This document shows positions 9,070-19,463 of a stretch of 64,000 nt of DNA, piece by piece. Numbering within the stretch: position 1 is the stretch's first letter; each line of letters begins with the position of its first letter. The stretch comes from Candidatus Tagabacteria bacterium. Lineage in GTDB: Bacteria > Patescibacteriota > Minisyncoccia > GCA-002779875. The translations under genes and the position numbers were made by a program. The DNA lies in contig CAWGAO010000007.1 in NCBI GenBank assembly GCA_963820595.1, forward strand, positions 113,071 through 177,070, given 5' to 3'. The notes beneath the pieces were generated by a model that saw only the letters and a program-made list of their open reading frames with translations, had not been told where the DNA came from and did not search any database.

Positions 9070-10631
9070 TTAATACGAAGGTATTTCTTCCCCGAATACT
9101 TCGCGGAGAATGCCGCATATTTCACCCACGGTGGCGTAAGATTTCACTGCCTTCAAAATGACCGGCATCAGATTTTTTTCCGAACAAGCGGCTTCTTTCA
9201 GATTTTCGAGGGCCTTTTTGACTTCCCGATTGCCTCTTTTCTTCTTGAGCGCTTTCAATCTTTTAATTTGTCTTTCTTCCGTCTTGGGATCTATTTTAAG
9301 TAATTTGCAAACAGGCGGCTGGTCGGTAATATATTTATTCAATCCCACTACGACTCTTTGGCCAGCATCAGTTTCTTTCTGATACTGATATGCCGATTTT
9401 GAGATCTCGGATTGAGGAAAGCCAGCCTTGATGGCCGCCACCATCCCGCCCTTGGCTTCGATCTTTTCGAAATATTCGTAGGCTTTTTTCTCCATCTCGT
9501 CGGTTAAAGCTTCGATATAATAAGAGCCGCCAAGCGGATCAACTGTTTCAGTTACCCCGCTCTCGTAGGCGATTATCTGCTGGCTTCTTAGAGCAACGGT
9601 TACCGCTTCTTCCGTCGGCAGACAGCGGGCCTCATCATAAGAATTGGTGTGTAACGATTGAACTCCGGACAATGTGCCGGCCAAGGCCTGCAATGCAACC
9701 CGGACAATATTGTTCAGGGGTTGCTGGGCGGTCAGAGTGCAACCAGCTGTTTGACAATGACAGCGCATCAGCCAAGACCTGGGGTCTTTCGCTCCGAATT
9801 TTTCCTTCATCACTTTAGCCCAGATTCTTCGGGCCGCTCTGATTTTGGCAATCTCCTCAAAAAAATTATTGTGAAGATTGAAAAAGAAAGACAGCCGCGG
9901 AGCGAAGGAATCGACGGGAAGGCCGCGGTCGATGCCCGCCTTAATGTAAGTCATGCCGTCGGCCAGGGTAAAAGCCAGTTCCTGGGCCGCGGTGGCCCGG
10001 CTTCGCGGATATGATAGCCGCTGAAATCGAAATCGTGTTCCAATCGGGGAACATATCGCGAACAATAATCAAAAATATCGACGATTATTCTTAAAGAAGG
10101 TTCGGGCGGAAATATAAAAGTGTTTTGGGCAATGTACTCTTTCAGAATATCGTTCTGGATGGTCCCTCCTATTTTATCGAGAGCTACTCCCTGCTGTTCG
10201 GCTACGGCAATATACATCGCCAAAGCAATGGCCGCGGTCGAATTGATGGTCATCGAAGTAGTGACGCCGTTGGCGGCGGTGCTGTCGAGATTGATTCCGT
10301 CGAAAAGAATTTCGAAATCTTTCAAGGAATCGACCGCCACGCCGTCTCTTCCGACTTCGCCCTCGGATAAAGGATAATCGGAATCAAGCCCCATTAGGGT
10401 CGGCAGATGGAAAGCAACACTTAATCCGGTTTCCCCTTGAGACAAAAGGTATTTGAACCTTCTGTTCGTTTCTTCGGCCGAACCGAAGCCTGCAAACTGC
10501 CGCATCGTCCAAAGACGACTGCGATACATATCTTTGTGGATTCCTCTGGTAAAAGGAAATTCACCGGCTTCTCCTAAATCTTTTTGGTAATCTATACCGT
10601 TTAAATCTTCGGGTGTATAAATTGTTTTCAT
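9070..10631 (-). CDS. methylmalonyl-CoA mutase family, large catalytic subunit, with a frame break near 9994-10001
   Basis: [21 protein letters not shown], then ...SGYHIREAG (frame 1) and [14 protein letters not shown]...HTNSYDEA (frame 2). The break is in a G run (GCCGGGCC where GCCGGGGCC is expected). The start is the ATG at 10631, behind AGAGGAGGAG. Confidence 0.9.
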
Positions 10632-10708
10632 TTCTCCTCCTCTTTTCAATGTGCTTGAAGTGCTTTTTGAATTTGTTTCAGAGTACTAAAAATCTTCCAT
10701 ATTGTCAA

Positions 10709-10934
10709 CCCCGTTAGAAGTTCAGCCAAGATTATCATAACATAATCTTTTTACTGCGAACTCGCCTTACCCCGTTAGAAATTTTCAGCGCGTATAAATT
10801 TTAAATTATATTGTAGCCGAAGGCGGATTCGCTCGACAAATAATGCGATACCAAGAGCCCTTGTTGAATTTCTAACGGGGCTTACGGCTTTGTTTTCGAA
10901 TAAAATATAGGCTAGATGAAAACTTCTAACGGGG
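10709..10934. repeat. Nested inverted repeats of CCCCGTTAGAA
   Basis: Forward copies at 10709-10720 and 10770-10781, reverse copies at 10870-10880 and 10924-10934. The same motif pair recurs at 44524-44617. Confidence 0.7.
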
Positions 10935-10938
10935 TCAA

Positions 10939-10977
10939 TAAAAAATCGCCCTACTAACATGTAGTATGTAGGGCGAT
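10939..10977 (-). terminator. Rho-independent terminator after the oxidoreductase operon
   Basis: Stem ATCGCCCTAC/GTAGGGCGAT. TTTTTTA follows in minus sense. Confidence 0.6.
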
Positions 10978-10989
10978 AAAATTAATTTG

Positions 10990-11748
10990 CTATTCTTCTT
11001 TGCCTTTAAAAAATACGCCTAAATGCGGCGTGGATGAAACTGGCGTTTCTGCCAGCCTTAGCGCCGCGTTTATGTCACTCGAGTCATGGCTTTCCAGATA
11101 GACGCACCGCGATTTTATTTCCTCAAATAACTCTTTGCGGTAGGTCGCGCAAAGAGTCAACACGCTAATGAAGGAAAAGCCCTTGTGCCTGATTCCTTCA
11201 ACGATAAGATTTGTGAGATGAGGCACATCCGTCGAGATTCCCTGAGCAATGAAACTTCGGCGGTCCCGATACTGTAGGCGATCATAGCGAAGACCGGATC
11301 TACCGGCGCGCAACCGCTTTGACTGCCATCGGCATCAATGAAGAGGCGTGGTCGGGCTGAAGTTTGACCTTTAGTCAAGCCGTAAACGAAATTGTTCACC
11401 ATAATGCAGGTGATATCGATATTCGCATCTGACGGCGTGAGGCATGTGGCCAGCGCCAATACTGAAAAGGTCTCCATCGCCGCCTATGACAAGAATCGTC
11501 AATGACGGGTTTGCCAGTTTTGCTCCTTCGGCAACCGGAACCGACCGGCCGTGAAGAAGATTAAAACCGAAAGTATTAAGGTAACCGGTTATTCTTGCGG
11601 AACATCCGATTCCGGAAAAAATTCCGATTTTATGATTTGGAATTTCAAGATTCTCAAACGCTCTGACGATTGCCGCCAATACTCCAAAATTTCCGCAGCC
11701 CGGACACCAGATGGGCTTGCGTTCGGTTAGGTATGTTTTTTCTTTCAT
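10990..11748 (-). CDS. korB: 2-oxoacid:ferredoxin oxidoreductase beta subunit, with two frame breaks (near 11421-11440 and 11243-11260)
   Basis: Three ORFs in three frames together give the KorB pattern: WCPGCGNFG...GGDGD..SIGAGH..HAVR / NIDITCIMVNNFVYGLTKGQTS / FIAQG...HKGFSFISVLTLC. Confidence 0.85.
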
Positions 11749-13475
11749 TTTTCCAACCTCACAAATTCTTCAATCGGTTTGACTAATTCCGAAATATTAA
11801 ACGGTTTCGCTCCCGATCTTTTGTAAAGCACCGTATTCTTCGGCACATCGATTTGCGAACGCAGGTAATGGTAAAATTGGCCCGAAGAGTTCATCTCTAT
11901 TACTAACAAGCTCTCGGCCGACCGGACGAATTCTTCGACTCTGTCGGGCAAAGGATAGATCAGTTCCGGGACACAGACAGCCACTTTATCTTTCAGGCCG
12001 GCTTCTTCCACGGCCGCCATAACCGCTTGGGCAGTAGAGCCCCAGGCAATGATTCGGTTGACCGAATCAAGATTGCCAAAAAGCTTCACCAAATCATTTC
12101 TTCGTTTGACCGGCTCCAGTTTCCTTGAGAGTTTTTCGTGCCATTGTTCGAGCGTTTTAAAATCGGGCTCGTGCGAACCGTCGGCAGTATGAGAAAGACC
12201 CGCTGTCTGGTAAACGCCGCCCTCGTCTCCGATACTCGACATTGGTGAAACGTAATCACCCGTTTCTTCGTATCGGCGATAGTTATCGCGTTCCGCTTCC
12301 GACGGCTTTTTCCTTCCTATAATCGGGTATTCCCTTTTCAAAAAATCATCATCAAGCGATACAGGAGTTTGGCTGAGCAACTGATCGGACAAAATTATCA
12401 CCAGCGTCTGGTAATACTCGGACAAGTTGAACCCTTTAATGACCAACCGATAAGCACTTTCCACATCGTAAGGAGACAGCACTATTCTCGGTGCGTCCCC
12501 ATGGCCTCCAAAGACGGCATGATAAAGATCGGATTGCTCCGTCTTTGACGGAACGCCCGTGGAAGGTCCGGCTCTTTGTGCGTCAACTATAACCATCGGC
12601 ACTTCCAAACTGACGGCCAAAGCCATTGCCTCGGTCGCCAGACTCATTCCCGGCCCGCTGGTGGCTATTAATGATTTGACGCCGGCCAGCGATGCGCCGA
12701 TACCGTTGTTAACGGCGGCGATTTCATCTTCCGATTGCCGGAAAACTCCGCCGATTTTTGAAAGTTTCTCCGCCATTTCTTCCATTATTTCCGTGGCGGG
12801 CGTAATCGGATAGCCGAAGAAAGCCCGGCATCCCGCGTATATCGCCGCCATAACAATCACTTCATTGCCGGAAAGTATGATTTTTGAAGATGGCGCTTGA
12901 GGCGAAACCAATTCTATTTTCGGCAAACCGGAAAATTCGGCTAACAGATTTTTTCCGCTTTCAAAAACCGGAAAAGTTTTTTTCAAAAGGCTGAATTTTG
13001 CGTCGCCTTCGATGACAGTTTTTATTTTTTCCAACGGCAAACCAAGAATCATTTCCGCTAAAAGACCGAGCGCAAGAACATTTTTGTTCCTTCGCTCGCC
13101 GGTCACCCTGACGCTTATTTCCGTAAACGGGATTCGGAAAGAATTCTTCGGAAGAATAATTTCTCCGACTGGTTCATTCTCATACATAACGATTGTGTCT
13201 TTATCAATAGGCAATTCGTCCCTGAATTCAAAGTATTTTTCCCAGTTAAAACACACCAGAACGTCCAATTCATCTTTTGGCAAAGACGGTGTTAAAGAGT
13301 TGAGGTTCAATTTAACCGCCGAACCCCCTCCTCTTATTTGCGCCCCGTAATATTTCGGCATTTGACCGAAATATCCTTGCGACGCAGCCAGACGTTGGAG
13401 CAGACTCCCCAAAACGACTACGCCGTCCCCTCCCGCTCCGACCAGTCCAATAGTCAAATTATCGGTTTTTTCCAT
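11745..13475 (-). CDS. korA: 2-oxoacid:ferredoxin oxidoreductase alpha subunit (fused gamma-alpha type)
   Basis: 576 aa. The N-terminal gamma-like domain (GAGGDGVV) is followed by the alpha domain (GYPITPATEI...GPGMSL). It overlaps the beta-subunit start by 4 nt. Confidence 0.9.
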   Translation of the reverse strand: MEKTDNLTIGLVGAGGDGVVVLGSLLQRLAASQGYFGQMPKYYGAQIRGGGSAVKLNLNSLTPSLPKDELDVLVCFNWEKYFEFRDELPIDKDTIVMYENEPVGEIILPKNSFRIPFTEISVRVTGERRNKNVLALGLLAEMILGLPLEKIKTVIEGDAKFSLLKKTFPVFESGKNLLAEFSGLPKIELVSPQAPSSKIILSGNEVIVMAAIYAGCRAFFGYPITPATEIMEEMAEKLSKIGGVFRQSEDEIAAVNNGIGASLAGVKSLIATSGPGMSLATEAMALAVSLEVPMVIVDAQRAGPSTGVPSKTEQSDLYHAVFGGHGDAPRIVLSPYDVESAYRLVIKGFNLSEYYQTLVIILSDQLLSQTPVSLDDDFLKREYPIIGRKKPSEAERDNYRRYEETGDYVSPMSSIGDEGGVYQTAGLSHTADGSHEPDFKTLEQWHEKLSRKLEPVKRRNDLVKLFGNLDSVNRIIAWGSTAQAVMAAVEEAGLKDKVAVCVPELIYPLPDRVEEFVRSAESLLVIEMNSSGQFYHYLRSQIDVPKNTVLYKRSGAKPFNISELVKPIEEFVRLEK

Positions 13476-13530
13476 ATCATCGCTCTCCTTTAAACAAATT
13501 TATTTCAATGTAAAAGTTCTATCGAAAGCA

Positions 13531-13559
13531 TACTATCACTTTTTTTCTTCTAAAGTCAA
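13531..13559 (-). promoter_or_regulatory. Candidate sigma70-type promoter of the oxidoreductase operon
   Basis: In minus sense: ACGGGG TTGACT, then an 18-nt spacer including TGA, then TAGTAT. It shares the GGGGTTGAC feature seen at 10701-10712 and 19376-19386. Confidence 0.3.
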
Positions 13560-13646
13560 CCCCGTAAAGCAATATTTGCATAAAAACAAAAGCCGCCGGT
13601 TCGTGCCGGTGGCTTGATAAAAACTTGGTTTTCAAACTTAAGACAA

Positions 13647-13961
13647 TTATGCGGTTATCAATTGGAATAAATTGCCTGCCGCAAAAATCAATAAATACGC
13701 AAAAATCAAAAACTTATAGCAAGTTCTGATTCTCCGCCTTGCTCCCGGGTCATATTTCCGAATTATTTCAAGAATCAAAATCGGAACGACCACCCAAAAC
13801 AGTTTGTATAAAATGAGACCGGACAAATTCCATTTAACGAAAAAATATCGCAGTGTCGGATTTGCCTCCCATAAACCAAAGAAATGTATACCCAGCGCGG
13901 TGCCAATCAAATCCAAAAGGCAGATGATTAATAATGTGAGACCCAATCTGTTCACGGCCAT
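13647..13961 (-). CDS. small polytopic membrane protein (DUF5658-like)
   Basis: 104 aa with three or four TM helices and a WEANP motif. Confidence 0.6.
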   Translation of the reverse strand: MAVNRLGLTLLIICLLDLIGTALGIHFFGLWEANPTLRYFFVKWNLSGLILYKLFWVVVPILILEIIRKYDPGARRRIRTCYKFLIFAYLLIFAAGNLFQLITA

Positions 13962-14085
13962 TTCCCCCTTTTTTTATTTTTCAAAATCCGAAGCAATAAT
14001 AGCACGGACGTGTTATTATGTCAAATGCTGACCGGGACGAAAGAGGGGGGTTTGCGAATTTTTTACCCCGAAAAATACTTTTAAT

Positions 14086-14962
14086 TTATTTTTGTCCTCC
14101 CAACTTTTTCATCCGCGCCAGCGATTCTTTGAATATCTGGATATTCGCGAAGACAGCGCCCGGGATGTTCTTTTTTTCAAATTCCAGCATTTTAATCTGC
14201 TCCTCAAAAGACACCATCAATTGATTAAAAACTTTTAATTCTACTTCCGAAACTTTACTCTCGAGCTGATAACTCATGCCGCTAAGCATCTCCCGCAATT
14301 CCTCTTTAGTCAAAGAAACCAAAAACAGCGGAAGGTTACGAATTTCTTTCTTGACGAGTTTTTGCTCGCCGCTTTGCGGATTTTTTTCCAAATTAACCCC
14401 ATATTTGAGCCTCGCGCCTCCCTCTTTTCGCTTTTTTGAGCGTCTTTTCTTTTTTTTCGCGGTTGCGCTCAAAAATCTCTTCGCCCTTGACTTCGTCAAA
14501 TGCGCCGATTACTTTTTGCGTTTTGGAATCAACAATTATAGTATCAATGCCATTTACATAATCATCGTGAGTTGACGCTCTCACCACTAAAAATTCCGAA
14601 CGCAAAATTTTATGAAACAAAACTACCACCGCTTTTTCCAATTTTTCATTTTCACTTGCCTCTTTTTTATTTTTCCAATAAACCAGCCTGGCCTCGGGCG
14701 TGTTTAGCCCAAAATCTGAAAAATAAGCCAGGCGATTTTCGTTTGTCGTGTTAGCGTCGCTCCACTCAGCCTCTTTAGCCTCAATTTCTTTTTTATCTGC
14801 CTCAACATCATAGCCGCTCATTCCGGCAAAATTATCCATATTCACCGAACAATCCGCATTCAAAACCGGCCCAAATTTTGCGTTCTCCGCTTGCGCAATT
14901 TGAGCCATCAAAATGTCTAAATTTTGTATTTTTTCCGGACTTTTAAAAATTTCGGCAGGCAT
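14086..14962 (-). CDS. hypothetical protein, probably one gene with a frame break near 14400-14440
   Basis: ORFs 14393..14962 and 14086..14499 overlap in adjacent frames across a Lys/Arg-rich A-run region. No family recognised. Confidence 0.5.
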
Positions 14963-15198
14963 ATTAATATAAATTTATATTGCTATTTATCCCGAGCATT
15001 GTCGAGGGATTTTTCCGCTTTCCCCTGTCCGCCTTCGCTACGCGAAAGCGTTGCGGGCGGGCGTCTCTTCCCAAAATAAGTCCCCAAAACAACACCCGCT
15101 ATTCCCGCAATGATTAAAATTACGTAATCCATAAATTTACTGTGCCCTTCCGTAGCTTTACGCGAAGGAGGGTTTTGCTGATTTTTTTGTTGGCCAAG

Positions 15199-15660
15199 TC
15201 ATATTTTGTTTTTATTATTTTTCAAAGCTTCGATAAAATAACGACTAAATTCTGAATTGAGTTTCCTTATCCATTCAACGGTTGTTTGTTCTTTGAAAAA
15301 ATTTTCGAAGCGTTCGTCGTGGTATCGTCGTTTTTTCGGATAGTGAAAGGAGGCATTTCGATAGTGTTTTAGTAAATCAGTATTAGGTGACTTTAATAGT
15401 TCATCTATGATAACATCACTCAATTTCAGCGATTCCCATCCTTCTATAACCACATATAGCAATCCGTACCATAGCGACATATACATCATCGATTCTATTC
15501 CGAATCTATGCTCATCAATTTGTTGCTTCGTGTGTTTATCTAAAATTTCTTCAAAGTGTATACGCATTCTGTTGGCCCAAATAAAGTATCGGTGAAGAAT
15601 ATTCACAGGATTATCAGCGACCGTATTATCATCTCCTAATTTTTTTGTTGGCCAGGGCAT
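15199..15660 (-). CDS. hypothetical protein (153 aa)
   Basis: ORF only. Confidence 0.55.
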   Translation of the reverse strand: MPWPTKKLGDDNTVADNPVNILHRYFIWANRMRIHFEEILDKHTKQQIDEHRFGIESMMYMSLWYGLLYVVIEGWESLKLSDVIIDELLKSPNTDLLKHYRNASFHYPKKRRYHDERFENFFKEQTTVEWIRKLNSEFSRYFIEALKNNKNKI

Positions 15661-15748
15661 TAAACTAAAATTGAGACTATAAAAACCTCATAAATTACGG
15701 TGGCAATTCCGCCGGAAAAATCAACTTAAATTTTTCCTTCCACAATTT

Positions 15749-16724
15749 TTAGCCAAATAATCTATTATAAAATTCCTCCCTGCCAATTGAATTCAAATAC
15801 TCTATTTTTCTCTTTTCGTAGAAATCTTTTGCATTTCCTCTTTTAAAATACCAGATACAATCAAACATAATGCTTAATTTGAATACATCAAACAAGTGCT
15901 CCTTTTCACTATCACTTAGTGGGCGATATTTCATATACTCTGATACTATTTTTCTGGCTTCTCTAAAATCAAAAACATTTTCATCTTTTTTGAAATTAGA
16001 CCAAGTGTTCCATTCAAAAGACGATTTAAAGGGGCTGATTAGAGCGGCAAGATCATAAATAAGAAAGGTGTAATTGGCGTCATCAAAATCTATGAGCGCA
16101 CTGAATTTACCATTTTTGAAAAAGTACATTTGAAAAGTGAAAGTCAGAATGGCATATGCCTTTTGGCAAAGATTTCGGAAGATTCAGTTTTAACAATTCG
16201 CTCTCAAACCACTTTAGCTTTTCTCTTGCATTTGCCGTGTTTATCTTTTTTGCTTCTTTTCGAGCCAATTCTCAACAATTTTCGATGTTATAATTCAACC
16301 TGTACTTTTTATTGTTTGGTCTGTAATTTTTAGTAATGTTTTGCAATTCTGCCACCTTTTTTATGAGTTGCTTCTTTTGATTTTCATTCTGGGTTTTTAA
16401 GTGTTGACCTTCTACAAATTCAAAAATACTATAAGGCTTTTCTTTATAAATACTGACAAATTTCCCGTGTTTATTTTTAAATTGAGCTGGGCACGGATAA
16501 TTTTTATCTTTTAGGTATTTTATCAAGCCGCTTTCAAATAGAACTGAATTTTTTGAACGGTTTTCATAATACCTAAAAACAAATTTGCCTTTCGTTGTTT
16601 GAAGTAAGTAATTTGTTTCTACCGCCCCGGTAGTAAATAGTCTAGAATCTTTATATTCTCCCAGATTGTAATTTGAAAGAATATCGGTAAAATCTTTTTT
16701 TGAAAATATTGTTTTTACTACCAT
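15749..16724 (-). pseudogene. aminoglycoside/homoserine-kinase-type phosphotransferase (APH fold), disrupted
   Basis: The N-terminal lobe is in 16272..16724. After an in-frame TGA (16272-16274) the same frame continues to the catalytic loop GICHSDFHFSNVLF. A frame break in an A run near 16112-16120 then leads into NGKFSALIDFDDA (15749..16129). Confidence 0.7.
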
Positions 16725-16905
16725 ATATAAATTATTTCAACAAATCTTCTATTGGAACACCTAATGCTTTGGCGATTTTTTGAGGTATATATATTTAATT
16801 CTGCCCTAAATTTCAGGATTTTTCTAGTCCTTCGCAGAAGTTACGGAACTACGAACAGTCCTTCGATGCAAACAAAAAGCCCCGCTGAGCGGGGCTGACA
16901 GAAAT

Positions 16906-18138
16906 TTATTTTTTTATTACTCCCAATTCTTTTCCGATTTTAATAAAAGCGCTAATTGCTTTGTTTAAATCGGCGATGGAATGGGCGGCTGAAAGCTGGA
17001 CGCGAATTCGCGCCTTGCCTTTGGGAACGACGGGATATGTAAAACCGATAACATAAATCCCTTCCTTGAGCAGCATATCAGCCATCTTCACCGCTAAAGG
17101 CTCTTGATAAAGCATCACAGGAACAATCGCGGTTTGTCCCGGAACAATGTCAAAACCGGCTTCTTCCATTTCGCATCTGAAATAAGAAGCATTATACATG
17201 GCTTTATTGCGAAGTTCGGAAGATTTGTTCAGTATATCCAGGGCTTTCAGGCTTGCACCTACAATAGCCGGTGCAAGAGTATTGGAAAAAAGATACGGAC
17301 GGGATTTCTGACGAAGCATTTCGATTATTTCTTTTCTTCCGGACGTGCAACCGCCCGACGCCCCGCCCAAAGCTTTCCCGAAAGTGGTGGTAATGATGTC
17401 AACTCTTCCCATCACGTTGCAGTGCTCGGGAGTGCCGCGACCAGTCGCTCCGATATATCCGGTGGCATGGGAATCATCCACCATTACCAAAGCGTCGTAT
17501 TTTTCCGCCAAATCGCAGATTTCCTTCAGCTTGGCGATATCGCCATCCATGGAAAAAACTCCATCGGTAGCGATTATGCGATATCGGCAATCCTGGGTTA
17601 TCTTCAAACAATACTCAAGACCTCTGGAGAATTTTCCGCCAGTCTCATCTACGCAAATATCACGCATATCGCTGTGTTTATATATCAAGCGTTTGGCTTT
17701 AGCCATACGAACGCCGTCTATAATAGAAGCGTGGTTTAACTCGTCGGTAATAATGGCATCAGCCTCTCCAAGTAATGCTTCGAATAAACCCGCATTTGCG
17801 TCAAAACAAGCGGCGTAAAGAATGGTGTCTTCGGTTCCCAAAAATTCGGAAACTTTTTGCTCCAATTCCTTATGAATCTTCTGGGTTCCGCAGATAAAGC
17901 GAACCGAAGAAAGTCCATAGCCCCACTTTTCCATCGTCTTTTGAGCGGCTTTTACCAGCCGGGAATCATTGGCCAAACCCAAGTAATTATTGGAGCAAAA
18001 ATTTAAAACTTTTTTGCCTCCCGCGGTGCGAATTTTAACTCCCTGCGGCGTGACAATGATTCTTTCTGTTTTGTAAGTCCCCTGGACTTTTAATTCCTCA
18101 AAAGTTTTCCGCAAATCTTCAATTATTCTTTTGGACAT
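16906..18138 (-). CDS. kbl: 2-amino-3-ketobutyrate CoA ligase (glycine C-acetyltransferase)
   Basis: RFICGTQKIHKELEQK...CFDANAGLFEALL...DELNHASIIDGVR closely parallels E. coli Kbl. Confidence 0.9.
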   Translation of the reverse strand: MSKRIIEDLRKTFEELKVQGTYKTERIIVTPQGVKIRTAGGKKVLNFCSNNYLGLANDSRLVKAAQKTMEKWGYGLSSVRFICGTQKIHKELEQKVSEFLGTEDTILYAACFDANAGLFEALLGEADAIITDELNHASIIDGVRMAKAKRLIYKHSDMRDICVDETGGKFSRGLEYCLKITQDCRYRIIATDGVFSMDGDIAKLKEICDLAEKYDALVMVDDSHATGYIGATGRGTPEHCNVMGRVDIITTTFGKALGGASGGCTSGRKEIIEMLRQKSRPYLFSNTLAPAIVGASLKALDILNKSSELRNKAMYNASYFRCEMEEAGFDIVPGQTAIVPVMLYQEPLAVKMADMLLKEGIYVIGFTYPVVPKGKARIRVQLSAAHSIADLNKAISAFIKIGKELGVIKK

Positions 18139-19132
18139 TTTTCCTCCTTTGTTCCGATTTTGTCAAAAAGCTTGCCTCCAAGCCCAAAAGTCTGGGGCGC
18201 AAAACCTCTATCATATTTCCCGTCATTTTTGCCAAATCGTATTCGGCATACCAATCCCACTCTTCGCGGGCGCATGAATCGTCCATCTTATTCGGCCAGC
18301 TTTCGGCAATCGCCTGTCTGACCGGATCGATTTCATAATCTATTGTAAATTCGGGAATGTATCTTTTTATTTCCGCCGCCAGCATTTCCGGCTCAAAACT
18401 CATGGCCGTAACGTTAAAGGCATTTCTATGTTCTAGCCTTGAAGGGTCTGCTTCCATTAAATCAATGGCCGCGTTAATAGCATCGGGCATGTACATCATA
18501 TCCAAGTACGTACCCTTTTTAATATAGCAAGTATATCTTCCGGACTTGATTGCCTCATAAAACATATGAACGGCGTAATCGGTGGTTCCGCCACCGGGCA
18601 ACGTAACATTGGAAATTATTCCCGGATAACGGACGCCACGGGTGTCAACGCCGAATCTTTTGAAATAGTAATCACAAAGCAGCTCGCCAGCCACTTTTGT
18701 GATACCGTACATCGTCCAAGGCCGCTGGATAGTATCCTGCGGAGTACTATCCAAAGGCGTCGAAAGACCGAAGGCGCCAATCGAACTCGGCGTGAAAACC
18801 GAACATTTATATTCGCGCGCTATTTCCAAAGCATTGTAAAGGCCGTTCATGTTCACGTCCCAGGCAAGAGCAGGATTTGCCTCCGCCACCGCGGAAAGTA
18901 TCGCCGCAAGGTGGTAAATTCTCCCCACCTTGTATTTCTTGACAACTTGGTCAAGCTTTTTGATGTCGAGGCAATCAAGACGTTCAAACGGACCCGCCTC
19001 CAGAAAACTTTCACTCGGTCTTTTTTTGTGGCCTCCGGCTATTATATTATTACTGCCATATGCCTTGCGAAGCGCAGGCACAAGCTCGGAGCCAATCTGT
19101 CCCGTAGCGCCAATCACTAATATCTTCTTCAT
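18119..19132 (-). CDS. tdh: L-threonine 3-dehydrogenase, short-chain (NAD-epimerase-like) type
   Basis: MKKILVIGATGQIGSELV Rossmann N-terminus and SDR-type TDH length. It is translationally coupled to kbl with a 20-nt overlap. The start is the ATG at 19132, behind GGAGGA. Confidence 0.85.
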   Translation of the reverse strand: MKKILVIGATGQIGSELVPALRKAYGSNNIIAGGHKKRPSESFLEAGPFERLDCLDIKKLDQVVKKYKVGRIYHLAAILSAVAEANPALAWDVNMNGLYNALEIAREYKCSVFTPSSIGAFGLSTPLDSTPQDTIQRPWTMYGITKVAGELLCDYYFKRFGVDTRGVRYPGIISNVTLPGGGTTDYAVHMFYEAIKSGRYTCYIKKGTYLDMMYMPDAINAAIDLMEADPSRLEHRNAFNVTAMSFEPEMLAAEIKRYIPEFTIDYEIDPVRQAIAESWPNKMDDSCAREEWDWYAEYDLAKMTGNMIEVLRPRLLGLEASFLTKSEQRRKNVQKNN

Positions 19133-19235
19133 AATTCTTCCTCCAATATGGTTTGTCTCCGCCACATTATTTTTAAAAATATCAAAGTACGGCGGATCAG
19201 CCTTTGGCTGAAAAGAAGTTTAAAAAACTAAAGTA

Positions 19236-19264
19236 AGGATAGCGAAAAACCGTATTGTCGTCAA
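19236..19264 (-). promoter_or_regulatory. Candidate promoter for tdh-kbl
   Basis: In minus sense: TTGACG, 17 nt, TATCCT. Confidence 0.3.
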
Positions 19265-19321
19265 TGTTTTTTCGGAAAAAATCGTCATTAGATTTTATTA
19301 GATTATTGAAATCAGGGTTGA

Positions 19322-19380
19322 CCCCGCACCTTTCTAGATTAAGAACATAATTAAGGTTTGAATTATTGAAAGGTGCGGGG
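19322..19380. repeat. Perfect 13-bp inverted repeat in the tdh/grdE divergent region
   Basis: CCCCGCACCTTTC (19322-19334) and GAAAGGTGCGGGG (19368-19380), with a 33-nt AT-rich spacer. Each arm adjoins a GTTGAC. Confidence 0.7.
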
Positions 19381-19409
19381 TTGACTGGAACGTTAAAAGT
19401 TGCTAGACT
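19381..19409 (+). promoter_or_regulatory. Candidate promoter for grdE-grdB
   Basis: TTGACT, 17 nt, TAGACT, immediately after the right arm of the inverted repeat and about 55 nt upstream of the grdE ATG. Confidence 0.4.
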
Positions 19410-19463
19410 TTTTGCGAAGTTCATTGAAATTTCTCTAAAAAATCGTTGATTTCGGAGGTTAAA

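Noticed and set aside
10709-10934. Possible CRISPR array, from the repeated CCCCGTTAGAA motif (also at 44524-44617)
   Set aside because: There are only 4+2 copies of an 11-13 nt motif. The copies are in inverted, not direct, orientation. Spacing is irregular and no cas genes are in the window.
17104-17818. Long antisense ORFs (for example 17104..17739, 17345..17818, 27311..28024, 5430..5999, 57191..57811, 29306..29911)
   Set aside because: Each lies opposite a well-supported conserved gene and has low-complexity, Arg/Ser-rich or repeat-mirroring composition typical of shadow ORFs.
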